Below are positions 54,514 through 64,000 of a stretch of 64,000 nt of DNA, piece after piece (the first letter of the stretch is position 1; the number at the start of each line of letters is the position of its first letter). Made by a program: the position numbers and the translations under genes. The stretch is from sequence record MK268344.1; one strand, given 5' to 3'. The notes under the pieces are model-generated. The model ran no database searches, was not told where the DNA came from, and was given only the letters and a program-made list of their open reading frames with translations.

Positions 54514-55698
54514 CTATAATTTCCACGGCAATTGCATTAGAGATTGAAAATATCCATTAAAAATATCATTTGTTAAACAAGTTGGGTTCGTGTTTTTCCC
54601 GCAGCCCAAAATAATATTTTCATCCCTGCATATATATCCATTATAATAATTACATATAATAATATCATGTTCTTTGCAAATTATATCAGGAACTATAGTG
54701 TATGTACCTATATATTGGGGTGATGTTCCTAAACCCAACGCATAATTATAATTATTTCCAGTACTATATAATCTATTATTAATATCAACATACATGGAAA
54801 CGCCACTATGCATTGTATATACTTTACCAAAATAATTATAATCATTACATGAATTCGGTAATTCCACGGTGATCATATTACCTGATGTATTTTGATTCGT
54901 ATTCGTTGTATTTCCATCACCGAATGCCCCGGCTGAATTCGTACCAATACAATATGCTGTTGACTTAGTATACGCAATCGTATTGTTAGTAGACATCCTA
55001 ACCTGAAGTATAGGTTCACTTACAGTACTAAACATTCGATGAAAACGAACAATATTCTCATTATTAATGCCACCCTCAGTACTGGTTTTTATACAATATG
55101 ATGCATTCCTGCCAGCACCCCACACTGTCCCGTCTTTTTTAATATATACACTATTTTGTGAAGTAATAGAACAATCTTCAACATCAGTATCTATCAATGT
55201 CAATGGGAAATATCCAGTACTACCAACACCTAATTCACCATAACGATTAAGTCCAATACCATAAAGTTCACCATTGTTTAATAATACAAATGTATTATTC
55301 TCAGGAACTATTTTTTTAATATCTGATATATTAATAGAACTAAACAAGTTAGAGATATCAGTAAATGTCGTATACCCTGATGCTGTACCACTGTTATTCT
55401 GAATTGCTCGATCGCCTGATAAAAATATTTTATCATCATGCGAAATATATATAGTACTTCCAATCCCATTAGTACATAACTTAATATCCGATTCTGGTAT
55501 TTTAAATAAAGATCTAGGTCTATCTGATTTATGACCCAACCCCAATTGACCATATGCGTTATACCCACCAACATAGGCATCGCCGGTGCTTAATAAAATA
55601 CTATAAGAAACATTAGAACTAAAACTTAAATTCATTTGTTTGATATATGGTATTTCTCTTATATTACCGTATGTCAATATCCTAGCAAATGGTATCAT
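54514..55698 (-). CDS. MIPF-array protein: RCC1-like beta-propeller
   Basis: MIPFARILTYGN; GGYNAYGQLGLG, GLNRYGELG. Confidence 0.82.
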   Translation of the reverse strand: MIPFARILTYGNIREIPYIKQMNLSFSSNVSYSILLSTGDAYVGGYNAYGQLGLGHKSDRPRSLFKIPESDIKLCTNGIGSTIYISHDDKIFLSGDRAIQNNSGTASGYTTFTDISNLFSSINISDIKKIVPENNTFVLLNNGELYGIGLNRYGELGVGSTGYFPLTLIDTDVEDCSITSQNSVYIKKDGTVWGAGRNASYCIKTSTEGGINNENIVRFHRMFSTVSEPILQVRMSTNNTIAYTKSTAYCIGTNSAGAFGDGNTTNTNQNTSGNMITVELPNSCNDYNYFGKVYTMHSGVSMYVDINNRLYSTGNNYNYALGLGTSPQYIGTYTIVPDIICKEHDIIICNYYNGYICRDENIILGCGKNTNPTCLTNDIFNGYFQSLMQLPWKL

Positions 55699-55775
55699 AC
55701 ATTCTCCTTATTTGTACAATTATATTATATTTAATTAAAAATGACAGTACTACATAAGTACTGTCATTTTTCTTA

Positions 55776-56579
55776 TTATGTAGTTGTGCCTACATTACTT
55801 GTGGGAAATCTACGACCACCTCCCCAAATAATACGCACACCACCCAATCCTTCATCAGTACTTGTATTACCAGCACCACGATATATGGTTGTACCCGGAA
55901 CCGCACTACCTGAACTACCACGATAATGTGCAGCAGAACCACGTCCAGATTCACCCATACCAAATAAACCAACTGCACCACCAGAAGCAGCTATTCCGCC
56001 CCCTCCTCCACCACCACCAGCACCAGAACTGCCAGATGAACTACTTGCACCATTACCACCATTACCTTCATAGCCACCAGCACCACCTGAGCCGCCTCTT
56101 TCATATCGATAAGTACCAGAAGTCGGGCCACTACCACCTCTACCACCATCGCCGCCGCCATCGTTTATTTGACTGGCATTCTTTCCACCAACACCTCCTG
56201 ACCCACCGGCACCACTAGACATTGTAGTACCATAACTGCCCATTTTTCCACCACCAGCAATGCAAGCATTTGAGTTATTTTGTAATACATAAGAATTTCC
56301 ACCATCAGAATTGGCTGTATAACCATTTACACCAACTGTAACTGATAGTACTTCACCGGGAGTTACCGCTACATCATTCCTATAACTTAAACCACCACCA
56401 CCGCCACCACCCCCAGTACTTCCAGTGCCAACCCTACCACCACCGCCAACACATAATATACATATAGATTCAACATCATCTGGTACTATAAACTCAAATG
56501 TTCCAGATTGAACCCAGACCATTTCCCCTTTTGGTGGTAATTTATTTCCGTATGTTAGCATTTTTGTAAATGGTATCAC
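55776..56579 (-). CDS. MIPF-array protein: glycine-rich tail-fibre-like domain
   Basis: GTG start, MIPFTKMLTYGN; SGTFEFIVP...VGGGG...VTPGEVLSVTVG...GGGG...GGVRIIW. Confidence 0.8.
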   Translation of the reverse strand: MIPFTKMLTYGNKLPPKGEMVWVQSGTFEFIVPDDVESICILCVGGGGRVGTGSTGGGGGGGGLSYRNDVAVTPGEVLSVTVGVNGYTANSDGGNSYVLQNNSNACIAGGGKMGSYGTTMSSGAGGSGGVGGKNASQINDGGGDGGRGGSGPTSGTYRYERGGSGGAGGYEGNGGNGASSSSGSSGAGGGGGGGGIAASGGAVGLFGMGESGRGSAAHYRGSSGSAVPGTTIYRGAGNTSTDEGLGGVRIIWGGGRRFPTSNVGTTT

Positions 56580-56589
56580 GATTGTCTCC

Positions 56590-57723
56590 TTAATTAATTC
56601 TTATTTTAGTAAAAATATTATTTTCTGAACCATCAGATTTTTTTCCCGGTAAAACACTAATACTTCCAACTCCCCAAATATCATTTCCATCAAATATTAA
56701 AGAATAAAAAGTTCCACCCAAAATCTGTACTTTTTTGTTATCTTGTACTGTTGTAAATTTAGGAATTTCTTTAAAAATAGAGGATGCCTGTGGTAAGCCA
56801 CTATATTCAACTAGACCCGTTGCATAAAATGTACCGTTAGTACCTAAAAATATATTTCTGTTTGGTGTACCCTTTAACTTTCCTCCAATAACCATTTGGG
56901 ATGGCATGTTTATTTTGGTTGACCAAGATTTAAGCTGAGTATTTAAATTTACACCGTCACCTAATATCCCATTAATTTGCCAACCAGAACCTGCTATTGT
57001 CGTTGGTGTCCAATATGATAATGTACTAGCACGTGTTGCCATAAAGGATGATGTGCCACCATTAAGTATTATCCCCCACGTATACTTATTTTCTGAATTA
57101 CCAGAACCAAATTGACCATAAGGCTGTTGTCCCGCTCCATACAAATATACGGAAGTGGGTGAAATTCCACGAGCTATCATAGAATAGTCTCCAACATATA
57201 ATTCTTGATGGTAAGTAGTACCAACTCGCGTAAATGAACTTATCCGATTTGTAGATCCTAGACCACACGCCCCATTACTATTCCAACCTCTTGAATATAA
57301 TTGATTGTCGATATCAATATATCCCATAGTGTATAAACCAATATCTAATTCTTTCACCGAATCATAAGATGGCATAGTATTAGTTATATCATCACCTTCT
57401 ATTGGAGATAATCCACCAGTAGTATTCTTGGTTCCTAATACATCATAGTTTCCATTAAAAATCCATTTTCCATCCTTAGTATATATTAATGTACTCTTAG
57501 AACCACACCAAACATCTTCTGCATTTCTATCCAGTACTACAAACTCGTAGTACTGATATGTTGCTGTGCAATCCTTTAACTGATTAGAATTGTTATAACC
57601 AATACCATATAGTAATCCACTTTCCATTAATACCACATAATGTGTATCACCACATGATATTTTCTTTATATTACTTGGTACAACTACATTACCATATCCC
57701 AATATCCTCGCAAATGGTATCAT
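56590..57723 (-). CDS. MIPF-array protein: RCC1-like beta-propeller
   Basis: MIPFARILGYGN; ISCGDTHYVVL, RGWNSNGACGLG. Confidence 0.82.
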   Translation of the reverse strand: MIPFARILGYGNVVVPSNIKKISCGDTHYVVLMESGLLYGIGYNNSNQLKDCTATYQYYEFVVLDRNAEDVWCGSKSTLIYTKDGKWIFNGNYDVLGTKNTTGGLSPIEGDDITNTMPSYDSVKELDIGLYTMGYIDIDNQLYSRGWNSNGACGLGSTNRISSFTRVGTTYHQELYVGDYSMIARGISPTSVYLYGAGQQPYGQFGSGNSENKYTWGIILNGGTSSFMATRASTLSYWTPTTIAGSGWQINGILGDGVNLNTQLKSWSTKINMPSQMVIGGKLKGTPNRNIFLGTNGTFYATGLVEYSGLPQASSIFKEIPKFTTVQDNKKVQILGGTFYSLIFDGNDIWGVGSISVLPGKKSDGSENNIFTKIRIN

Positions 57724-57797
57724 ATATCCCCCATAATTCATGTAATTATACTATATTTAATTAAAAAAGGCTAGTACGCACTTGTACTAGCCATCTC

Positions 57798-58943
57798 TCA
57801 ATTAATAGATTTAATATCAACTTCTGCACCCAATGACAATTTAGTAAAGGTAGTTGTATCTTGACTTAAGGAAGGAAAAGAAGAACCACTATACCAAATT
57901 GTATTTCTAGTTATTATCATAGTATTAGTTGAATTAGCACATATTCCAATTATATCATTAAGTACTAACTCATCTGGTAAATTAATAATTGTCTTATTTT
58001 GGGGCGTAACCTTATTACCTAAACCCAATTGTCCACTTGTATTATTTCCAGTACAATATAAATCATTATTCACACTAAAAAATGTACCATAACGTGTTAA
58101 TATAGAATATGGATGATTGAAAAACTTATTAGCACCAACCATACTATACAAACTCGTAATACCAATTTGGGCTGTACTTCCATTACCCATGCAATAATAA
58201 GTACCTAATCCCGCTCCATATATCCAACTTTGATTAATAGACATAACCGCCGATGGCATTAAACTCCATGAAATGTTAGAAGTTCTAGGAGCAGAAGCAA
58301 CTTGTACTTCATTCGGCGTAGGTGATGTTCCAAGCATCGATGGTGCATTACCAAAACCACAGATAACATCATATGCACTGAACCATTTTCGATAAGCCGT
58401 TATGCCATTATAAAGCTGTACATCTTTAACCCTAGAAACCATTAAAGTAGGTACTGATAACATTCCATTTAAGGCAACCTTATTACTTAAACTATAAGTA
58501 CTATTCCTACCAACCATATATAAATCACCATATGTGCGATCAGTCGAATTCGGTATTAAATAAGCCATGTTGTTTAAAGTAGCTGTAATGTTATAAGCAT
58601 CACTAGGAATAGTAAAGGGAAGTTTGGTAAAACTATATACATTACTATTAAGCCCTAAACATGTGCGGTTGCCAGATATATAGTACTGACCATCATTTCC
58701 TTGAATGATCACACTCATATCAGTAGCACATACCACTTTTTTAATATTACCTGCAATCAATCTCCATTCAGATAATGGTGCAGAATCACCAGTACCCAAT
58801 TGACCCTGACTATTATCCCCTAATGCAAATAAATTACCAATAGAATCTATATATAATGCAAAATAATTCAATCCACAGAATTGAACTATTTTTGCATCCG
58901 GTAATGTGTTCCCATAATCCAATATCCTAGCAAACGGTATCAT
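57798..58943 (-). CDS. MIPF-array protein: RCC1-like beta-propeller
   Basis: MIPFARILDYGN; LGDNSQGQLGTG, TGNNTSGQLGLG. Confidence 0.82.
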   Translation of the reverse strand: MIPFARILDYGNTLPDAKIVQFCGLNYFALYIDSIGNLFALGDNSQGQLGTGDSAPLSEWRLIAGNIKKVVCATDMSVIIQGNDGQYYISGNRTCLGLNSNVYSFTKLPFTIPSDAYNITATLNNMAYLIPNSTDRTYGDLYMVGRNSTYSLSNKVALNGMLSVPTLMVSRVKDVQLYNGITAYRKWFSAYDVICGFGNAPSMLGTSPTPNEVQVASAPRTSNISWSLMPSAVMSINQSWIYGAGLGTYYCMGNGSTAQIGITSLYSMVGANKFFNHPYSILTRYGTFFSVNNDLYCTGNNTSGQLGLGNKVTPQNKTIINLPDELVLNDIIGICANSTNTMIITRNTIWYSGSSFPSLSQDTTTFTKLSLGAEVDIKSIN

Positions 58944-60136
58944 ATCTCATCCTCCGGTCTAAATCCAGTTGGTCGTACAAAAAAGTATTGGGCTGTTGTA
59001 TATCCCGGTATCGTATAATTAGAACTATCTCCCGCTGCCAAAAAATTATTTCCGTAAGAATAATATAATGCATTACGATTATAATTAATTAGTTCAGCAG
59101 AAGGTTCAATACCACTCCAATAAAAATATCTTTGATATGTATTATTACCCACACCAAAAGCTCCACTAGCATTACTAGCACTGAAATAATACCCATAAGC
59201 AGCACCACTGCTCTTATCAATACGTTGCATTAGTATCGCCGGGTACATTGGATCACCACTACCACCAAACATTTTACCTTTATATTCCAAATCAAATCCA
59301 GAATCATCACGCATTATAACTTCAGAAAAGGTAAGTACCGAACCATCAGCAGATGCGTTTTTATTAAATGCACCACCACCTGCACCACATGCATATAACT
59401 TGTTAGTACTAGGTGAATATAACACTGCTCCCGTTCTACATACCGCAAATACATCATCAAAGGATGTGTATAAATCTGAAACTCCAGCAGGTAGTACTAT
59501 CGGCTTAGGTAGTGTGATTGTAGATGTATTCTGGGAAACTCCTATGTAAGAACCGTTACCCGCTGCATATATTTTCGAATCACCTCTAATAACAAATAAA
59601 CAATTGTTATCATTATTCACAAAATCTACAACATCTCGGTATATTAGTGTGAATTTATTATAAGTCGTCGATGTAGAAGGTGCTAATAATTGTCCATTAC
59701 TATTCATCCCAATAGCATACAAATCACCACTCGTACTTAAAATGTATATAGCTCTCCATGCTACCTGTACTTTCTTTATTTTATCCAATGCAATAACATC
59801 AGTAATTAATGAAGTTATATCTAAATTGGTAAATGTTATATTACCACTAATCCCAAGAGTCCCACTAAAACCACTATAGACGTATTTTTCCGCTTTGGTT
59901 TTATAAAGGGAACCCCATCCACCTAACCAACAATCATCTACATCAGTAGCCATCAACGCTTTTCCATCCCTGCCACTGATTACCTCACCATATGCAGGCA
60001 AACCAAATGAATATAAATTCCCACTCCCACCTAAAACCATAGTACTGCTATAATTGCAACAAATTTTTTTGTACTTACTTACGTCTGGCTCAGGTGCAAT
60101 ATTCCCATAACTCAATATCCTTGCAAATGGTATCAT
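58940..60136 (-). CDS. MIPF-array protein: RCC1-like beta-propeller
   Basis: MIPFARILSYGN; LYAIGMNSNGQL; GGGAGG RBS fixes start. Confidence 0.8.
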   Translation of the reverse strand: MIPFARILSYGNIAPEPDVSKYKKICCNYSSTMVLGGSGNLYSFGLPAYGEVISGRDGKALMATDVDDCWLGGWGSLYKTKAEKYVYSGFSGTLGISGNITFTNLDITSLITDVIALDKIKKVQVAWRAIYILSTSGDLYAIGMNSNGQLLAPSTSTTYNKFTLIYRDVVDFVNNDNNCLFVIRGDSKIYAAGNGSYIGVSQNTSTITLPKPIVLPAGVSDLYTSFDDVFAVCRTGAVLYSPSTNKLYACGAGGGAFNKNASADGSVLTFSEVIMRDDSGFDLEYKGKMFGGSGDPMYPAILMQRIDKSSGAAYGYYFSASNASGAFGVGNNTYQRYFYWSGIEPSAELINYNRNALYYSYGNNFLAAGDSSNYTIPGYTTAQYFFVRPTGFRPEDEI

Positions 60137-61275
60137 ATTTCCTCCCACGGTAATTTAACTTTCTTATACTCAATCGTTTCATTTATACTTCCATCACCTA
60201 ATATCCATCTACCATCACCTGATTGATACATCTCTTCATCTGTATATAAACAAGATGTAAGATTCGATGAAGATAACCCAATGACCTTAGAAAAATCAAT
60301 ATTCAACGTACATTTCGTAAATCTTCCAATGCCAGTTTCACCACCATATGCAGTACCAAAAATTCCCGTTTTATATCCAGTACTGTATACTCCAGTATCA
60401 CTAACAAAAGCCATATTAAATATACCATTTCCTCGATGGATTGGCCTTAAATTACTCGTATCACCACTATAGGACACAATCTGATAATATAATTGATTCA
60501 CGTGCGTTGTACTTACATTACCATTACCTAATTGACCATATATCTGATTACCAGCCGATGAAAGAGATTTGTTGATATTAAAATACATACTTGAACTATA
60601 ACCAGTTCCAACCATCAATGCATTCTGTGTGAAAAACATTGGGCTTCTAATTGCATTATTATTACCTAATCCAAATTCACCATTAGCATTTCTACCCCAT
60701 ACGTACATATCACCATTGTTGCATAACGCAACTGCACTTCCCGCCGCTGTTGTATATTGAATGTAATTAACGTCAGTTATTCCCTGAACCTCGGTCAGTA
60801 CTGATAACGAACCAGAACCAGATATTCCACTATTCACATTACTATTTGAACCAATTGCATATATATTTCCATTAATATCTTTAAAATGTAACATCTGTTG
60901 ATGACAAAATACGTCAACAATAGTAGAAGGATCAATAGAACCAAATTCAAATAACATTCTTACCCAACTACTAGCAGTATCATTTATACCACCTAATCCT
61001 GTATACCAAAAAGTACCATCACTCTTCTTGATTAAGGTATAATTCCCATATACCCATACATCAAAAACATTTGTCATGATCTCAACACTTCTTCCATAAT
61101 ATGATACATTAGTATTAGTAAAACCTAATTGATTATAATTGTTAGTTCCACATCCCCATAATACACCTTTACTATCCAGTATTACAAAATGAGTACTGCC
61201 AAATTGTGCTTTTTTTATAGTTCTCTTAAACGAAACAATGTTCCCATAATCCAATATCCTCGTAAATGGTATCAT
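60133..61275 (-). CDS. MIPF-array protein: RCC1-like beta-propeller
   Basis: MIPFTRILDYGN; VWGRNANGEFGLG, AGNQIYGQLG. Confidence 0.82.
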   Translation of the reverse strand: MIPFTRILDYGNIVSFKRTIKKAQFGSTHFVILDSKGVLWGCGTNNYNQLGFTNTNVSYYGRSVEIMTNVFDVWVYGNYTLIKKSDGTFWYTGLGGINDTASSWVRMLFEFGSIDPSTIVDVFCHQQMLHFKDINGNIYAIGSNSNVNSGISGSGSLSVLTEVQGITDVNYIQYTTAAGSAVALCNNGDMYVWGRNANGEFGLGNNNAIRSPMFFTQNALMVGTGYSSSMYFNINKSLSSAGNQIYGQLGNGNVSTTHVNQLYYQIVSYSGDTSNLRPIHRGNGIFNMAFVSDTGVYSTGYKTGIFGTAYGGETGIGRFTKCTLNIDFSKVIGLSSSNLTSCLYTDEEMYQSGDGRWILGDGSINETIEYKKVKLPWEEI

Positions 61276-61348
61276 ATATCCCCCATAATCTCTTATTATA
61301 ATATATTTAACCAAAAAAGGCCAGTACTATCACTGTACTGACCTAACT

Positions 61349-62473
61349 TTAGTTTGTTGGTAAAATCATCGGCCTTAATGCCGCTGTATCATCTTTTCCC
61401 GGTAAAAATTGTAAATTAGCACCAGATATATAAAATCCAGTACTGTTCTTATATACATAATGATTAAATCCACCCTGTACCTTATCAAATATTTCACTAT
61501 ACATAAATCTAAACGAATTAACTACACCCACTACACCATTTACATCAAACTGCTGACCTAATACATATAAACCACTCTGTAGACCCTGTACTTCCGGTGG
61601 TATAACAACAACTACTCCCCTTGTATTATATGAACATACCATATTACGTGCCGTAACTAAATCAGTACTAAAAGATAATATACGCTGAAAATCACTAATC
61701 GTACCATTCGGTGTATTACCTCGTATATATATACCATCCGTCCTTATCGCAATTACAACATAATCTCCACAATGGATATTTTGTGAAGTTAACGTGGCTT
61801 GAGTATATACATTATAAGTACTCGTCGAGGTATTCGCAACCTGCTTAAATGAATTATTACCAACAGCTAATATGTTAGAATTCACAGTAGTAATAAAACA
61901 ATTAAATGCACTCGCACTTATAGACATAATCGTTTTCGGAGCAGTACTACATAACGCTAAAGCATAGTGTGCAGGTGTATTATTTCCTTGCCCTAATGTC
62001 ACCCCTTTTCCCTGAGAGTATAAAGCACCATAATTAGAATCAGATATCCTTCCAACTAATACCATCATACTATTATCATTCACTTGTATGTCCTTTATGT
62101 AGCAATCAGCGTATTCATATATAGTACTAATATCCGGGATTATTAATGTGAATTTAGTATACGTCCCATTATCATTTCCTGTATATAAGGTATTCTTACC
62201 ACTTAAATATATCGAATTGCCTTTTCTTATTAATACCGCATATGATGCCATACCAGTGTAAACTTCATCAACTCCTGTATCACACCGAACCCATTCATTA
62301 CGGGTCTCTGTATCACCTAACCCCAATTGCCCCAATGCATTATCCCCTGTACTATAAAGAACTTTATCAGTACTTAATGCATAGAACGATTGTGAACCAA
62401 CATATGTCGAAATTATTGAGGATGGTAAGGGGGCTTTATTCCCGTAATCCAATATCCTAGCAAACGGTATCAT
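61349..62473 (-). CDS. MIPF-array protein: RCC1-like beta-propeller
   Basis: MIPFARILDYGN; STGDNALGQLGLG. Confidence 0.8.
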   Translation of the reverse strand: MIPFARILDYGNKAPLPSSIISTYVGSQSFYALSTDKVLYSTGDNALGQLGLGDTETRNEWVRCDTGVDEVYTGMASYAVLIRKGNSIYLSGKNTLYTGNDNGTYTKFTLIIPDISTIYEYADCYIKDIQVNDNSMMVLVGRISDSNYGALYSQGKGVTLGQGNNTPAHYALALCSTAPKTIMSISASAFNCFITTVNSNILAVGNNSFKQVANTSTSTYNVYTQATLTSQNIHCGDYVVIAIRTDGIYIRGNTPNGTISDFQRILSFSTDLVTARNMVCSYNTRGVVVVIPPEVQGLQSGLYVLGQQFDVNGVVGVVNSFRFMYSEIFDKVQGGFNHYVYKNSTGFYISGANLQFLPGKDDTAALRPMILPTN

Positions 62474-63669
62474 ATATTATCCTCTCTTAAATTAAAATCT
62501 GTTATTAATGTAAAATTCTCAGATAATGGTGTACTTAATGGCGTAAATCCAACACCAGCACTTGTTGTTAACCCCGAACCCTTTGCATATAGTAACGGGG
62601 ACATATTCAATGCACAAAGAGCAAACATCCTCGTATTTGTATAAGCCCTATATGTGTTCCCATTGCCCTGTACTGTATATCTTGGCGTGAATGTGAGAAG
62701 ACGATCTCCACCACCTCCATCCATATAACCCGCAAAATATAGTACACCATTAGTATCAGATAGGATATTCGTCCAATACGTCTGGATGGATGTCCCAAAT
62801 AGTGATAATAAATTACCCGGCTTAAATGCTAATTGTGCAGTATATAACCGAACATTCGCATCTACACTAATATTACCTATCCCCCACGCACCAGCATAAT
62901 TTCTTCCTGAACAATAATATTTTCCGTCCGTCCTAAAAAGCATAAAATGTGTTTGACTTATACGAAATGCATTATATTCATAATCTACCTCAGACGTAGC
63001 CTCAGAAAATAATTGTGTCCATGTAGTATATACAGTACTTTGAGATGTAGTCTGCATCTGTTGATAAGTGTTATCTCCAGTACCCCAAAATGTTCCATCC
63101 AAATCCTGATATACTCCATTAATATTCGTTATCCAACAATCCTGTACTGACGATTTTAATAGTACTGGCGTGAAACTAGGAGTTTTATTAGCACTACCAA
63201 AGTAACCATAATCGTTTTTTCCATGTGCATATAATGAACCATCATTCAACAAAATATAAACTGTGTTGTAATTCATTGTTATTTTCTTAATCTTTAATAT
63301 ATCAAAATACGTAGAATAAAATGAAGTCTTATCAACCCATGTGGCTGTATTACTAGTACCATCATATATCGTCTGACGACCTGTATAAAATAATTTATCA
63401 TCATTCGATAATACAAACGTTCCATATGTACTACCCCATGCAGTCTTTACATCCCTCTTAACTAAATGCATCTCACCATAGTAATTTACACCAACTGGAA
63501 AACCCAAAACATATCCATAATTCTTATCACAGGTTCCCCATAACTCTCCATTATTCAAATGCATCCACATCGTCGCTGCGGTATTATCCGAATCCAAAAA
63601 GAAGTCAATCACTTTTGCGGGTGCTGCTACCTTATTCCCATACTCTAATATCCTAGTAAATGGTATCAT
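62470..63669 (-). CDS. MIPF-array protein: RCC1-like beta-propeller
   Basis: MIPFTRILEYGN; HGKNDYGYFG, GTGDNTYQQM; TAAATA at 63699-63704. Confidence 0.8.
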   Translation of the reverse strand: MIPFTRILEYGNKVAAPAKVIDFFLDSDNTAATMWMHLNNGELWGTCDKNYGYVLGFPVGVNYYGEMHLVKRDVKTAWGSTYGTFVLSNDDKLFYTGRQTIYDGTSNTATWVDKTSFYSTYFDILKIKKITMNYNTVYILLNDGSLYAHGKNDYGYFGSANKTPSFTPVLLKSSVQDCWITNINGVYQDLDGTFWGTGDNTYQQMQTTSQSTVYTTWTQLFSEATSEVDYEYNAFRISQTHFMLFRTDGKYYCSGRNYAGAWGIGNISVDANVRLYTAQLAFKPGNLLSLFGTSIQTYWTNILSDTNGVLYFAGYMDGGGGDRLLTFTPRYTVQGNGNTYRAYTNTRMFALCALNMSPLLYAKGSGLTTSAGVGFTPLSTPLSENFTLITDFNLREDNI

Positions 63670-64000
63670 ATTATCCCCCTATAATTATCATTATATCATA
63701 TTTACCCATATATATACCCTTTTTAATATATTAGAAAACTCTATAGTACTACCATATATACACCATATAAACGCATAGAAAGCCATAAGAGAAGACTTCT
63801 CCAATATTATACACAGGTGTAGCTCCTGTAGATAGCGGCTCTTAGACGCTTATCGAAAGGATTCAACACCTGTAAAAATACCCAATTGTTAATATGTACA
63901 GTACTTTTACTTTTAAAATTATTCAGGAAATAGTTACACATTGAACTATATTAGTAAGTACTAATGGAAGCTACTATTCAGTACTTACCCCCTTCCGCTA

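Noticed and set aside
55862-56218. His/Pro-rich + strand ORF
   Set aside because: It is the antisense shadow of GGT/GGA codons in the Gly-rich gene 55776-56579.
45908-62460. Short + strand ORFs within the MIPF array
   Set aside because: Antisense shadows of the minus-strand propeller genes, lacking RBS.
51990-62475. Junction repeats as a CRISPR array or diversity-generating retroelement
   Set aside because: Repeats are separated by ~1.2-kb coding genes rather than 30-40 nt spacers. I saw no reverse transcriptase or adenine-specific TR/VR pair.
63705-64000. Terminal non-coding 300 nt
   Set aside because: No ORF, repeat or stable structure I can support; context is cut by the window edge.

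Overview
This window is a slice of an AT-rich lytic jumbo-phage genome (about one-third GC by eye). Gene style and a T4-like TAAATA late motif suggest a GAP32/PBECO4/121Q-like myophage of enterobacteria; that is an inference and no search was run. Positions 1-44.8 kb are a + strand accessory/early region of about 95 mostly small ORFs. It holds 8 canonical tRNAs (Ser, Pro, Asn, Asp, Lys, Glu, Gly, Leu), 3 aberrant tRNA-like elements, a 5-copy closed-stem ACAGCAA RNA motif and two long structured intergenic regions. Recognisable proteins there are a YadA-type autotransporter anchor, three HNH proteins, an ADP-ribosyltransferase-like protein, an Acb2 anti-CBASS sponge, an orphan HicA, a BCS1-like AAA ATPase, a PD-(D/E)xK nuclease, an HslV/proteasome-like Ntn protease, a sigma70-family sigma factor, a T7 gp0.7-like kinase and a second AAA ATPase. 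About 13 paralogues share an EEEYFQ motif. Positions 44.8-63.7 kb are a - strand tandem array of 17 genes (14 RCC1/BLIP-II-like beta-propellers, 2 LamG-like, 1 Gly-rich). All 17 start with the same MIPFxR/KxxxYG/AN peptide and share nucleotide-level 5' junctions, and seven have their own TAAATA promoter. Three distinct promoter architectures are visible, and AGTACT appears strongly over-represented. Many hypothetical CDS calls rest only on ORF continuity, ribosome-binding sites and packing.
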